This document shows, piece after piece, positions 12,540 through 26,700 of a DNA stretch of 64,000 bases. Both the position numbers and the translations under genes were made by a program. Origin of the DNA: Octopus sinensis (Eukaryota); assembly GCF_006345805.1 (NCBI RefSeq), contig NC_043024.1, forward strand, positions 7,812,001 to 7,876,000. Reading direction: 5' to 3'. The notes below the pieces were generated by a model that did no database searches, was not told where the DNA came from, and saw only the letters and a list, made by a program, of their open reading frames with translations. The number at the start of each line of letters is the position of its first letter. The first letter of the stretch is position 1.

Positions 12540-13612
12540 GGATTTGAAATGTGTATAGTGAAGAATTTCGGGTAGAAGTAGGGGCCCACCAAGGATCAAC
12601 CTTCAGCCCCCTCTTATTCATCATAGTCCTCCAGGCAATAACAGTGGAATTCAAGACAGGTTGCCCCTGGGAACTCCTCTATGCTGATGATCTGGCCCTC
12701 ATAACAGAATCACTACCAGAACTAGAGAAGAAATTTCAGGTTTGGAAGCAAGGTTTAGAATCAAAGGGCCTTAGAGTCAATGTTGCAAAGATCAAAGTTC
12801 TTGTAAGTAGGAAGGCAAACACATCACACACCCCTTCAGGTAGGTGGCCCTGCTCAATCTGTAGAAAAGGTATAGGTAGAAACTCCATAGGATGTACCCA
12901 GTGTAAGCTATGGACACATAAGAGGTGCAGCAACATCAAAGAAAGATTAACTGGGAAGATAGCTTTCACGTGCAGCAGATGCACAGGGGCAATAAAATCA
13001 CAGATGCTCAGAAAACAAACTCCATCACATGCCAGGGGAAGAAACTAGAAGTAGTTGATAGCTTCCGCTACCTAGGTAACCAAGTCTGTAGTGGGGGGGG
13101 GGATGCTCAGAGAGTGTTACCACTAGAATAAGAATAGTCTGGGCAAAGTTCAGAAAGCTTCTATCCCTGCTGGTGACAAAGGGTCTCTCGCTCAGAGTGA
13201 AAGGTAGATTGTATGATGCATGTATGCGAACTGCCATGCTTCACAGCAGTGAAACATGGGCTGCGACTGCGGAGGACACACGTAGGCTCGATAGAAATGA
13301 AGCTAGCATGATCCGCTGGATGTGTAGTGTCAGTGTGCACACACGACAGAATATAAGCACCTTGAGAGAAATGCTAGACATAAGAAGCATTGGATGTAGT
13401 GTGCAAGAGAGACGTTTACATTGGTATGGTCATGTACTGCAGATGGACAAGGAGAGCTGTGTGAAGAAGTGCCACTTCCAAACAGTGGAAGCAATCCAAG
13501 GTAGAGGTAGACCCAGGAAGACATGGGATGAGGTGGTGAAGCATGACCTTCAAATGTTGGGCCCCACAGAGACAATGACAAAAAACCGAGACCTCTGGAT
13601 GCTAAAAGATTA
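12540..13612 (+). mobile_element. RTE-clade LINE fragment (RT and C-terminal region)
   Basis: VGAHQGSTFSPLLF, ELLYADDLAL, LYDACMRTAMLHSSETW, WYGHVLQM and RGRPRKTW motifs; frameshifted. Confidence 0.9.
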
Positions 13613-14093
13613 ACTTAGCTATCACCGTGATCACCGTGACCGACCAGGCTATCAGATGTTGCTACACATCGCTGGTCACAATGCGCTTCGCATTGTTTTA
13701 GCCTTCGAATGACGCCACCCCACTGGCTAAGCGAGCAGGCCAACAGAAGAAAGTGTGATAGAATGTTGTGGCAAAAGAGTACAGCAGGGATCGCCACCAC
13801 CTCCTGCCGGAGCCTCGTGGAGCTTTTAGGTGTTTTCGTTCAATAAACACTCACAATGCCCGGTCTGGGAATTGAAACCGTGATCCTACAACCACGAGTC
13901 TGCTACCCTAACAACTGGGCCATTGCACCTCCGGCTTAGCTATACCTGGTCCCAAATATTCTACCTGTTTTAGATTCAACCTAGTTAGATCTGGTGTGAG
14001 ACACTTAACCTGCAATGTCATTCTAAAACTAAATAATTACATAATTGAAATCTCAAAGCTACAAGATAATGCATGATTAATTCAAAGCAATCA

Positions 14094-14480
14094 TCATCAT
14101 TTAGCATCCGCTTTCCATGCTAGCATGGGTTGGATGGTTCAACTGGGGTCTGGGAAGCCAGAAGGCTGCACCAGGCCCAGTCTGATTTGGCAATGTTTCT
14201 ACGGCTGGATGCCTTTCCTAACGCTAACCACTCCATGAGTGTAGTGGGTGCTTTTTACATGCCACCGGCACAGATGCCAGGGGTGACTGGCAGTGGCCAC
14301 AATCGGTTGGTGCTTTTTACGTGCCACCGGCACAGAAGCCAGTCAAGGCGGCGCTGGCATCGGCCACGTTCGGATGGTGCTTTTTACGTGCCACCAGCAC
14401 AGGTATCACAACTACAATTTCCATTTGATATTTATTTTGATGTTGATGTTCTTGACTGAATAGGTCTCCTCAAGCACACA
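14094..14480 (+). mobile_element. Family D non-autonomous element with (CAT)n terminus and ~60-bp internal subrepeats, representative copy
   Basis: catcatcatttagcatccgctttccatgctagcatgggttgg... plus ggtgctttttacgtgccacc subrepeats. Other copies at 25680-27200 (3 tandem, opposite orientation), 28890-29390, 47155-47350, 48090-48520, 49520-49650. Confidence 0.7.
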
Positions 14481-15309
14481 ATGTGAGTAAAAAAGCATTA
14501 CTTTTGATAGAATAATCTGAATGCTAAAGGGTTAAATTTAGTGGAGGCACTGAAAGAAAGAATATGATTGTAGGGTATATTGGGATGGGGGAAAATGATG
14601 GGGAGGTTGCAGAGTGTTGACAAAGAATGTAGACAGACTGGGCCCAGAAGGTTAGAAACTGACAGCCTGACAGGTAGACAGATTGATTGATAGGTATATA
14701 GGTAGGTAGGCAAGTGGTTGGAAAGATAGCTAAATGGTTAAGGCGGTGAGCTGGCAGAATTGTTAACACGCCAGGCGAAATGCTTAGCGGTATTTCATCT
14801 GCTGTTACTACGTTCTGAGTTCAAATTATGCCGAGGTCGACTTTGCCTTTCATCCTTTCGGGGTTGATAAATTAAGTACCAGTTATGCACTGGGGTTGAT
14901 GTAATCAACTTAATCCCTTTGTCTGTCCTTATTTGTCCCCTCTGTGTTTAGCCCCTTCTGGGTAGTAAAGAAATAAGAAACATTAGCACGCTGGGTGAAA
15001 TGCTTAGCGGTATTTCGTCTGCCAATACTACGTTCTGAGTTCAAATTCTGCCAAGGTCGACTTTGCCTTTCATCCTTTCGGGGTTACACATTGGGGTCGA
15101 CGTAATTGACTTAATCCCTTTGTCTGCCTTTGTTTGCCCCACTATGTTTAGCCCCTTGTGGGTAGTAAAGAAATAAGACAGCTAAATGGTTGGATAGGTA
15201 GGTAAACAGATAGTTAAGATACATAGATAGACAGACAGGTGTGTTTTAATTAAATGCTGTTTCTGTTGCATACACTGTGTTTTTATTCAACCAAGGAAGC
15301 TTTTCCCAG

Positions 15310-15393
15310 ATAGATAGATAGGTAGGTAGGTAGGTAGGTTGGTAGGTAGGTAGATAGGTAGATAGATAGATAGATAGATAGATATAGATAGAT

Positions 15394-15437
<44 letters not shown>

Positions 15438-15575
15438 GTAGATAGGTGGGTAGATAGATAGATAGATAGATAGATAGGTAGATAGGTGGTAGATAGATAG
15501 ATAGATAGAGATAGATAGTAAGATAGATAGATAGATAGATAGATATAGATAGACAGACAGACAGATGGATAGATA
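15310..15575. repeat. (TAGA/TAGG)n tetranucleotide microsatellite
   Basis: Direct inspection. Confidence 0.95.
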
Positions 15576-15979
15576 GGAGGAGAGAAAGATGATGTTGAAA
15601 TCATACGAGGGGGAAACAAAAACGAGGCAACAGTGGGGAGAGATAGACAGAAAGAAACGTATAGTCTTGAAGGGACTTGATGAGAGAAAACCAGAGAAAC
15701 CACACCTATCACCATGGACAGCAGTACCACCACCACCACAACCAACACCACCATCATAGCCACCACTTCTCCAGTCACCATGGCCAGCAGCTGCACCACG
15801 ACGAACCACTACAATGTGCTTCAAAGAAAGCAGCCTGTGCCTGCAACCAAATTGCCCTCAAATTCCACCCTGTACTTTTATTAAGCACAGTCTTAGATAC
15901 GTTTATCCCTGTGACAAGATGTCTAAGATGTCATTCAGGAATGGTAACATGTCTTTGGGTTACATCACAGAAGCTTTGA

Positions 15980-16266
15980 TAATTACCGTGATGGTGGAGG
16001 TGGTGGTGATGGTGTAAGGTAGTGGTGGTGATGAGGTGGGTAATAGTTGTGGTGGTAGTAGTGACTGTAGTGTTGATGTAGTTGTGGTGGTGGTGGTGGT
16101 GGTGGTGGTGGTTGTAGCAGGTTTTGTGATGGTGATTGATGTGGTAGTTGTCGTGGTGGTGGTGGTGGTTGTTGTGGTAGTGGTGAATGCAGTTGTTGCA
16201 ACAACTGGTGATTGATGGTGTCGGTGGATGTTGTAGTACTGGTGGTAGTGGAGTGGTGGGGTGGAT

Positions 16267-16297
<31 letters not shown>

Positions 16298-16870
16298 GGT
16301 GGTAGTAGTAGTAGATGCACTTGTGTAATGGTGACTGGTTGTTTTTTTTTATTCATAGATGTGGTGGTGGTGGTCATGATAGGGTGATGACTGAAACAGG
16401 TGATGTGGTTGTAGTAGTGGAAGTGGTGATGGCTTTAACAATAGTGGGAGGTGGTGCTGCTCATGGTAACGGTAGCAATAGAAGCAGTAATAGTAGTTTT
16501 GACGGTAGTGGTTGTGGTAGCTGTGATTGTCGTGATGGTGGTGGTAGTGGTAGTGGTGGTGGTGGTGGTGGTGGTAATGGTGGTGATGGTGCTGGTGATG
16601 GTGGTGGTAGTGGTGGTGCTGGTGCTGGTGGTGCTGGTGGTGGTGGTAGTGGTGGTGGTGGTGGTAGTAGTGGTGGTGGTTGTGATGGTGCTGGTGGTAG
16701 TGGTGGTGATGGTGGTGGTAGTGGCAGTGGTGGAAGTGGTGGTGGTGGTGCTGCTGGTGCTGGTGCTGGTGCTGGTGGTGGTAGTGCCGGTAATGGTAGC
16801 AATACTAGTGATGGTGGTTGTAGTGGTGATTGGTGGTAGTGGTGGTGGTGGCAGTGGTGGTGGTGGTTAT
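15980..16870. repeat. Degenerate (GGT/AGT/GCT)n trinucleotide tract
   Basis: Direct inspection; source of the poly-Gly/Val/Pro ORFs. Confidence 0.85.
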
Positions 16871-17115
16871 GACCAAAGACAGATGCTATGAGGGTATAAA
16901 AAGATGCAAACAGGGACACGACTGGTGACACTTTAAAATGAAGAGTAAGACCCCTACCACAAAAGGACCAGCTCTGTCGTTAGGTAAGTTATTGTTGTTG
17001 CTGTTGTTGTTTTGCTCTAGCTCAGCCCTGATCCAACAAACATATGAACAAAGATATTCCATCAATGACCCTCCCACCTTTTTCACTTCATTTTCTCACT
17101 AAAGACTGAGGATGC

Positions 17116-20100
17116 GATTTGAGGGAGAATTGGCTGCTATTTTGAGGTTCCTACCTTGGCTCGTACTTACAAAGCAGAAGCTGTGATTTAAGGGAGAATT
17201 GGCTGTTATTTTGGGGTTCCTATCTTGGCTCGTACTTACAAAGCAGAAGCTGTGATTTGAGGGAGAATTGGCTGCTGTTTTGGGGTCCCTACCTTGGCTC
17301 ATACTTACAAAGCAGAAGCTGTGATTTGAGGGAGAATTGGCTGCTATTTTGGGGTCCCTACCTTGGCTCGTACTTACAAAGCAGAAGCTGTGATTTGAGG
17401 GAGAATTGGCTGCTGTTTTGGGGTCCCTACCTTGGCTCATACTTACAAAGCAGGCTGTGATTTGAGGGAGAATTGGCTGCTATTTTGGGGTCCCTACCTT
17501 GGCTCGTACTTACAAAGCAGAAGCTGTGTGATTTGAGGGAGAATTGGCTGTTATTTTGGGGTTCCTATCTTGGCTCGTACTTACAAAGCAGAAGCTGTGA
17601 TTTGAGGAGAATTGGCTGCTGTTTTGGGGTCCCTACCTTGGCTCGTACTTACAAAGCAGAAGCTGTGATTTGAGGGAGATTGGCTGCTATTTTGGGGTTC
17701 CTACCTTGGCTCGTACTTACAAAGCAGAAGCTGTGATTTGAGGGAGAATTGGCTGCTATTTTGGGGTCCCTACCTTGGCTCGTACTTACAAAGCAGAAGC
17801 TGTGATTTGAGGGAGAATTGGCTGCTGTTTTGGGGTCCCTACCTTGGCTCGTACTTACAAAGCAGAAGCTGTGATTTGAGGGAGAATTGGCTGTTATTTT
17901 GGGGTTCCTACCTTGGCTCGTACTTACAAAGCAGGCTGTGATTTGAGGGAGAATTGGCTGCTATTTTGGGGTCCCTACCTTGGCTCATACTTACAAAGCA
18001 GAAGCTGTGATTTGAGGGAGAATTGGCTGCTATTTTGGGGTCCCTACCTTGGCTCGTACTTACAAAGCAGAAGCTGTGATTTGAGGGAGAATTGGCTGTT
18101 ATTTTGGGGTTCCTACCTTGGCTCGTACTTACAAAGCAAGCTGTGATTTGAGGGAGAATTGGCTGCTATTTTGGGGTCCCTACCTTGGCTCATACTTACA
18201 AAGCAGAAGCTGTGATTTGAGGAGAATTGGCTGCTATTTTGGGGTCCCTACCTTGGCTCGTACTTACAAGCAGAAGCTGTGATTTAAGGGAGATTGGCTG
18301 CTATTTTGGGCCCTACCTTGGCTCGTACTTACAAAGCAGAAGCTGTGATTTGAGGGAGAATTGGCTGCTGTTTTGGGGTTCCTACCTTGGCTCATTCTTA
18401 CAAAGCAAAGCTGCTGTGATTTGAGGGAGAATTGGCTGCTATTTTGGGGGTTCCTCCTTGGCTCGTACTACAAAGCAGAAGCTGTGATTTGAGGGAGAAT
18501 TGGCTGCTATTTTGGGGTCCCTACCTTGGCTCATTCTTACAAAGAAGAAGCTGTGATTTGAGGGAGAATTGGCTGCTATTTTGGGGTTCCTACCTTGGCT
18601 TGTACTTACAAAGCAGAAGCTGTGATTTGAGGGAGAATTGGCTGTTATTTTGGGGTTCCTACCTTGGCTCGTTCTTACAAAGAAGAAGCTGTGATTTGAG
18701 GGAGAATTGGCTGCTATTTTGGGGTTCCTACCTTGGCTCGTTCTTACAAAGCAGAAGCTGTGATTTGAGGGAGAATTGGCTGTTATTTTGGGGTTCCTAC
18801 CTTGGCTCGTTCTTACAAAGCAGAAGCTGTGATTTGAGGGAGAATTGGCTGCTATTTTGGGGTTCCTACCTTGGCTCGTTCTTACAAAGCAGAAGCTGTG
18901 ATTTGAGGGAGAATTGGCTGCTATTTTGGGGTTCCTACCTTGGCTTGTACTTACAAAGCAGAAGCTGTGATTTGAGGGAGAATTGGCTGTTATTTTGGGG
19001 TTCCTACCTTGGCTCGTTCTTACAAAGAAGAAGCTGTGATTTGAGGGAGAATTGGCTGCTATTTTGGGGTTCCTACCTTGGCTCGTTCTTACAAAGCAGA
19101 AGCTGTGATTTGAGGGAGAATTGGCTGCTATTTTGGGGTTCCTACCTTGGCTTGTACTTACAAAGAAGAAGCTGTGATTTGAGGGAGAATTGGCTGTTAT
19201 TTTGGGGTTCCTACCTTGGCTTGTACTTACAAAGAAGAAGCTGTGATTTGAGGGAGAATTGGCTGCTATTTTGGGGTTCCTACCTTGGCTTGTACTTACA
19301 AAGCAGAAGCTGTGATTTGAGGGAGAATTGGCTGCTATTTTGGGGTTCCTACCTTGGCTCGTTCTTACAAAGCAGAAGCTGTGATTTGAGGGAGAATTGG
19401 CTGCTATTTTGGGGTCCCTACCTTGGCTCGTTTTACAAAGCAGAAGCTGTGATTTGAGGGAGAATTGGCTGCTATTTTGGGGTTCCTACCTTGGCTCGTT
19501 CTTACAAAGCAGAAGCTGTGATTTGAGGGAGAATTGGCTGCTGTTTTGGGGTTCCTACCTTGGCTTGTACTTACAAAGCAGAAGCTGTGATTTGAGGGAG
19601 AATTGGCTGCTGTTTTGGGGTTCCTACCTTGGCTCGTTCTTACAAAGCAGAAGCTGTGATTTGAGGGAGAATTGGCTGCTATTTTGGGGTTCCTACCTTG
19701 GCTTGTACTTACAAAGCAGAAGCTGTGATTTGAGGGAGAATTGGCTGCTGTTTTGGGGTTCCTACCTTGGCTCGTTCTTACAAAGCAGAAGCTGTGATTT
19801 GAGGGAGAATTGGCTGCTATTTTGGGGTTCCTACCTTGGCTTGTACTTACAAAGCAGAAGCTGTGATTTGAGGGAGAATTGGCTGCTGTTTTGGGGTTCC
19901 TACCTTGGCTCGTTCTTACAAAGCAGAAGCTGTGATTTGAGGGAGAATTGGCTGCTGTTTTGGGGTTCCTACCTTGGCTCGTTCTTACAAAGAAGAAGCT
20001 GTGATTTGAGGAGAATTTGCCTGCTGTTTTGGGGTTCCTACCTTGGCTTGTACTTACAAAGCAGAAGCTGTGATTTGAGGGAGAATTGGCTGCTATTTTG

Positions 20101-20547
20101 GGGTCCTACCTTGGCTTGTACTTACAAAGCAGAAGCTATGATTTGAGGGAGAATTGGCTGCTATTTTGGGGTTCCTACCTTGGCTTGTACTTACAAAGCA
20201 GAAGCTGTGATTTGAGGGAGAATTGGCTGCTGTTTTGGGGTTCCTACCTTGGCTCGTTCTTACAAAGCAGAAGCTGTGATTTGAGGGAGAATTGGCTGCT
20301 ATTTTGGGGTTCCTACCTTGGCTTGTACTTACAAAGCAGAAGCTGTGATTTGAGGGAGAATTGGCTGCTGTTTTGGGGTTCCTACCTTGGCTCGTTCTTA
20401 CAAAGCAGAAGCTGTGATTTGAGGGAGAATTGGCTGCTGTTTTGGGGTTCCTACCTTGGCTCGTACTTACAAAGCAGAAGCTATGATTTGAGGGAGAATT
20501 GGCTGCTGTTTTGGGTCCCTACTTTGGCTCGTACTTACGAAGCAGAA
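17116..20547. repeat. Minisatellite, ~50 tandem copies of a 69-bp unit
   Basis: Unit gatttgagggagaattggctgctattttggggttcctaccttggctcgttcttacaaagcagaagctgt, with no unique spacers. Confidence 0.97.
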
Positions 20548-23510
20548 TATATATATAGGCACAAGAGTGGCTGTGTGGTAAGTAGCTTGTCTACCAACCA
20601 CATGGTTCCGGGTTCAGTCCCACTACGTGGCACCTTGGGCAAGTGTCTTCTACTATAGCCTCGGGCCGACCAAAGCTTTGTGAGTGGATTTGGCAGACGG
20701 AAACTGAAAGAAGCCTGTCGTATATATGTATATATATATGTATGTGTGTGTGTTTGTGTTTCTGTGTTTGTCCCCCTAGCATTGCTTGACAACCGATGCT
20801 GGTGTGTTTTTGTCCCCGTTACTTAGCGGTTCGGCAAAAAGAGACCGATAGAATAAGTGCTGGGCTTACAAAAAGAATAAGTCCCGGGGTCGAGTTGCTC
20901 GATTAAAGGCGGTGCTCCAGCATGGCCGCAGTCAAATGACTGAAACAAGTAAAAGAGTAAAAAGAGTAAAGAGTATATATATGTGTGTGTGTGTGTGTGT
21001 GTTGTGTGTGTGTGTGTGTGTGTATGTATAAAATGGGGAAATTGTACAAAATATATAAAGGGATGATAAGTAAAGTACCAGCACAGTTTCAAAATTTGTG
21101 TTGTACCCAATAAAGTCTATTACACATTTCATCTCCTATTCCATTTATACTATACTAGCAGTATCGCCTGGCGTTGCTCGGGTTTGTAAGGGAAATAACT
21201 ATATAAGCATTTTTAGAGAGTTACTTCCCTTATAAATGCCAATTGGGGCTTTCTTAGCCATTTCTGTTTTGGTGTCTTCAAGCCATGAAGTCGTTGTTCT
21301 AAAAGAACGCTGGTCTCCTTGACAACGCTTTACGACGTTGATTTCCTTACACTCCCTTCCCCACAGCTTCACGAGGGAGGGAAGAAGGGGGAGAAGCAAA
21401 CAGGTGCAGGTGTGACCATGGACGCCAACTCCGCCGCCATCGACACACGAAAAATTATGCATTAAAATGGAATAAAAAATGATGGTAAATTATTTTTAAA
21501 ATCGTAGACTCATCGTTGACGCGCGCTAATAGTCAGACGGGCTCGATATGAATCACGACTATAAGATACCCGAATTTGGTTAAACTGCACCGCAAAATGT
21601 GGGAGGAGTTAGGAATCTAAATCGAAGGGGACAGACACTCACACAACTACAGTTTTATATATATAGATATATTTATATGTACGTATGTATGTATGTGTGT
21701 GTGTATAGATATATAATCATTCACCCATGGCAGTGGGTGAATATATTAAGGTCAACTTTTAGTCACTTGTAAGCTTCATCACTAATTCAGTTCTCAACCA
21801 AATTGAATGTTTTTTTTTACCAATGAATGTCCAGTCTTCAGCTACATTTTGAGATAAAATAATTGAAATTTGGTTAAAAAAAAACTGGGAGAGTAAGGCG
21901 AAAAATTGACTTTGAATCAAAATATTTCTGTTATTTTAAAAGAAAATTATAAAGTTAATTGACTTTCAAAGAATGTGCTCGTTGAGAAGAATCTTTTGGT
22001 AGAAACTTCATTAAAAAGTGTTAGCTCCCAAAAAAGGTTGTGTGGCTGTAAGTGATGAAAAAGAATGGTAAGTAACCCTAAAAACTGACTTTGAGTCAAA
22101 ATATCTCACCTGTTGTAAAAGAAAAGTATACATATCCGGGTTCAGTCCCACTGCGTGGCACATTGGGCAAGTGTCTTCTGCTATAACCTCAGGCTGACCA
22201 AAGCCTTGTGAGTGGATTTGGTAGACGGAAACTGAAAGAAGCCCGTCGTATATATGTATATATATATATATGCGTGTGTGTGTTTGTCCCCCTAGCATTG
22301 CTTGACAACCGATGCTGGTGTGTTTATGTCCCCGTCACTTAGCAGTTCGGCAAAAGAGACCGATAGAATAAGTGCTGGGCTTACAAAAAGAATAAGTTCC
22401 GGGGTCGATTTGCTCGACTAAAGGCGGTGCTCCAGCATGGCCGCAGTCAAATGACTGAAACAAGTAAAAGAGTAAAAGAGTAAGAGTATATTAAAAACAT
22501 TAAAATAAAAAATTTCACTCATTAAAAAAGCTAATTATTATTTAATTAGAATATAATATTCTTTTATAATAAAAACTGTTTTAAAATATATTTATTTGTA
22601 ACAGATATGCTGCTGTTTATCCTTTATTTTAAGTTGCAAGCAAAATTTCTAAGTTTGAATAAAATCCGTATTGAAATAATATTTACAGGATCTTTTCAGT
22701 TTGAACGGCAGTTTTAAAAATAATTTCCACGTAACTAAACACTTTTAAACTTCGTATACTGGTAGAATGTGTTTATAAAACATCTTTTTCTCTTGGCTTT
22801 ATATAATAAAATTCAATGGTTTGTAAGATATTTGTTGTTCTTTTTCTTCAATTTCTGCAATTTCAACCAATCAATGATGTCTATTGAGGTAAAAAAAAAA
22901 CATTCTGTGCCGTATGAATATGTCCCTCGTTTGAGAAACGGATTGGGTTTATTTACATTTCTGAAGAAAAAAAGATACCCTTCCCCCCACCCCTAACCCC
23001 AACCCTAACTAACCCTAACCCTAAAACAGATTGAAATGCAATAGATCGATACTAGGGTCGTAATTATGGGTGACAATTTGATATGACACCGCTAGTAAAA
23101 AATGCCGTTCAAACCGAAAAGATCCTATTTACATTAGTATCATTTTTTTCAATTACAAAGGTAATTATAATTAATTATAATAATAGAAGTGTTACCTAGA
23201 AAAACAAATAGTGGACTAGAATGAAAAATGCAGACACAGAATCCTAGAATATTCTTAAGTATTGAACTTTAAAAAGTGTAGAACTAGCAGCAATTTATGT
23301 CTGGAGAAGTACAGGACAAGAAAAAAAAACTTTAAAAATATTACTGCTGAAGTTAGAATTTGCTAAATAAATTTCTGAAATTGTTCGTTAAATAATGTGT
23401 GCACTGTTCTTTTTGTATATTGTTTTGCTTTTTATTGCAAATATTTAAAATGTAAGTTAATATTTTTCATTAAAAAAATTTCTTTGTATTAATCTAAAAT
23501 ATTTCTGTCT

Positions 23511-23759
23511 TATTCTGTTGTGTCTGGAGAGAGTCATTTTCTTTTTGTGCCTTATAATTTAACACACTCACTGGTAAAATTTCCACTTATTTCTTATTTT
23601 TATTTTCCTAAAATTTTCATTGCGTCTTGCAACCTTTTCAATAGACGTAACAAAAATTTTAGAAAAATAAAAATAAGAAATAAGTGGAAATTTTACCGGT
23701 GAGTGTGTTACATTATAAGGCACGAAAAGAAAATGACTCTCCCCAGACAAAACAGAATA
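23511..23759. repeat. Long inverted repeat (foldback), ~115-bp arms
   Basis: Near-identical ORFs on opposite strands (23520+ and 23568-); tattctg..gtctggagagagtcattttc / gaaaatgactctccccagac..cagaata. Confidence 0.9.
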
Positions 23760-26700
23760 TGCTTCAACACACGAACTCATATAAAGAATCTTGCAAACCA
23801 AATTCAAAAACGAAATATTTCTGTCTCATTTTTAGTACTATATTATTTTTTAATTTTACTTTCTTAACAAAACAAATTTATCCAAAAATTTTAAATCACA
23901 GATATTGCTTTATAAAATCAAACTCATGTAATGTGTAATTCAAAAAGTAAAAAATAGTAAAAAAAAATTCTTTCAAGTTTACATTATGAAATAACAGTAT
24001 TTTCTATCTACTCTTTTACTTGTGTCAGTCATTTGACTGTGGCCATGCTGGAGCTCCACCTTTAGTCGAGCAAGCCGACCTCAGGACTTATTCTTTGTAA
24101 GCCTAGTAGTTATTCTATCGGTCTCTCTTTTGCCGAACCACTAAGTTACGGCGACATAAACACACCAGCATCAGTTGTCAAGTGATGTTGGAGGGACAAA
24201 CACAGACACACAAACATATACACACACATATATACGACAGGCTTCTTACAGCTTTCCGTCTACCAAATCCACTCACAAGGCTTTGGTCGACCCGAGGCTA
24301 TAGTAGAAGACACTTGCCCGGAACCATGTTGTTGGTAAACAAGCTACTTACCACACAGCCACTCCTTAGAAAGCTAATAGACAAATTGAGTATAAAATGT
24401 AGAACTGTCTCTCCAGCTTTTTTTAAAAAAAACTTAGGAGTTATAATTGGCAATTTTGCTTAAATTACTATTGTGGGATTTTTTTTTAATATGTAAATTT
24501 GTAATATCAAATTTTTTATGTGTAAACTTGCAGGCAATTAGTCTTTTCGCTAAAATTGGAAATAAGTAGCTTTTTGAGTATCTTAATTTAAACTTTTAAT
24601 TAAAAATATAAAAGGGCATTTATTACTATTTTGGTTTTTAAATTCTAACTTGAGCAGTTAGAACAAATCAACCCTAGGACTTATGGAGGGGCAAACACAC
24701 ACACACACACACACACATATACAATGGGCTTCTTTCAGTTTCTGTCTACCAAATTCACTCACAAGTTATTTTGTTTTTTTTTTCTCTATCATGTACTTTC
24801 CCGGGCTTAATTGTTGCTTGTTCTGTACTTTTCCAGGTTCAATACTTAAGAATATTTTAGGATTCTACCCCTGCATTTTTCATTCTATAATTATAATTAT
24901 TATAATTAATTATAATTACCTTTGTAATTGAAAAAAATGATACTAATGTAAATAGGATCTTTTCGGTTTGAACGGCATTTTTTACTAGCGGTGTCATATG
25001 AAATTGTCACCCATAATTACAACCCTAGTATCGATCTATTGCATTTCAATCTGTTTTAGGGTTAGGGTTAGGGGTGGAGTGAAGGTATCTTTTTTTCTTC
25101 ACACACACACATTGTTTCATTCATTTGACTGCAGCCATGCTGGAGCACCACCTCGAAGGGTTTTTAGTCAAACAAATCAACCCCAGGACGAATGGAGGAA
25201 CAAACACACACATATATATATACGATGGGCTTCTTTCAGTTTCTGTCTACCAAATTCACTCCAAAAACTTTGGTCAGCCTGAAGCTATAGAAGAAAATAC
25301 TTGCCCAGGGTGCCACGCAGTGGGACTGAACCCAGAACCATATGGCTGGAAAGCAAGCTTCTTACCACACAGCCACGCCTCTTATCAATTATTATCAACT
25401 AAATTCATTCCTTTCTTCTTAATTTCTCCTTCTTCATAGTCCTTTACACTAAATGGCTTCTCACTTTGTTAAGAACTTCCTAACAAATAAGTAAAAATAG
25501 GCCTCACTGAAGAAATGACCAGCGACCGAGACCTTTGGAAATATGCTGTACGTGAGAAGACCAGGAAGGTCAAGTGAGCCCTGCCCACTTATGCATGCCT
25601 TTCCTCCCTTGGACACAAAGACCTGTTGAGGCAAGCGAAGTCGATATAGAACCTCATCCGACGACAGGCACCCATGCCAACCCCCTTTGCTTGCGAAGAC
25701 ATGTTGGGGCAAGCGAAATCGAAATCGAATTGAACCAGCCAGGATCCCTGGTCTGGTGGTACGTAAAAAGTACTATCCGACTCGTGGCCGATGCCAGCGC
25801 CAGCCTCGACTGGCCTCCGTGCCGGTGGCACGTAAAATACACCAATCCGACATTGGCCATTGCCAGCCTCGCCTGGCACCTGTGCAGGTGGCACGTAAAA
25901 AGCACCCACTACACTCACGGAGTGGTTGGCGTTAGGAAGGGCATCCAGCTGTAGAAACATTGCCAGATCAGACTGGGCCTGGTGCAGCCTTCTGGTTTCC
26001 CAGATCCCCGGTCGAACCGTCCAACCCATGCTAGCATGGAGAACGGACGTTAAACGACGATGATGATGATGATGATGATTTAATATTCATGGCCTCCATG
26101 CTGTGGGCATGTAACAATCACCATCCGATCGTTGCCGATCGCCAGCCTCATCTGGCTCCTGTGTCGGTGGCACATAAAAAACACCATCCGAGCGTGGTCG
26201 TCTGCTAGCCTTGTCTGGCACCTGTGTCAGTGGCACATAAAAACACCATCCGAGCGTGGCCGTTCGCCAGCCTCGTCTGGCACCTGTGTCGGTGGCACAT
26301 AAAAACACCATCCGAGTGTGGCCGTTCGCCAGCCTCGTCTGGCACCTGTGTCGGTGGCACATAAAAACACCATCCGAGCGTGGCCGTTCGCTAGCCTCGT
26401 CTGGCACCTGTGTCGGTGGCACATAAAATCACCCACTACACTCTCGGAGTGGTTGGCGTTAGGAAGGGCATCCAGCTGTAGAAACACTGCCAGATAAGAC
26501 TGGAGTCTGGTGCAGCCTTCTGGCTTCCCAGATCCCCGGTCGAACCGTCCAACCCATGCTAGCATGGAGAACGGACGTTAAACGACGATGATGATGATGA
26601 TGATGATTTAATATTCATGGCCTCCATGCTGTGGGCACGTAACAATCACCATCCAATCGTGGCCGATCGCCAGCCTCATCTGGCTCCTGTGTCGGTGGCA

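Noticed and set aside
16315-16891. Gly-rich ORF as a structural (suckerin or beak-like) protein exon
   Set aside because: It is a degenerate (GGT)n tract open in several frames on both strands, with no His/Tyr motif periodicity and no supported splice partners.
17116-20547. CRISPR-like array, or repeat protein from the 341-aa and 249-aa ORFs
   Set aside because: Units are contiguous with no unique spacers and there are no cas genes. The open frames follow from a 69-nt (23-codon) stop-free unit and are broken by indels.
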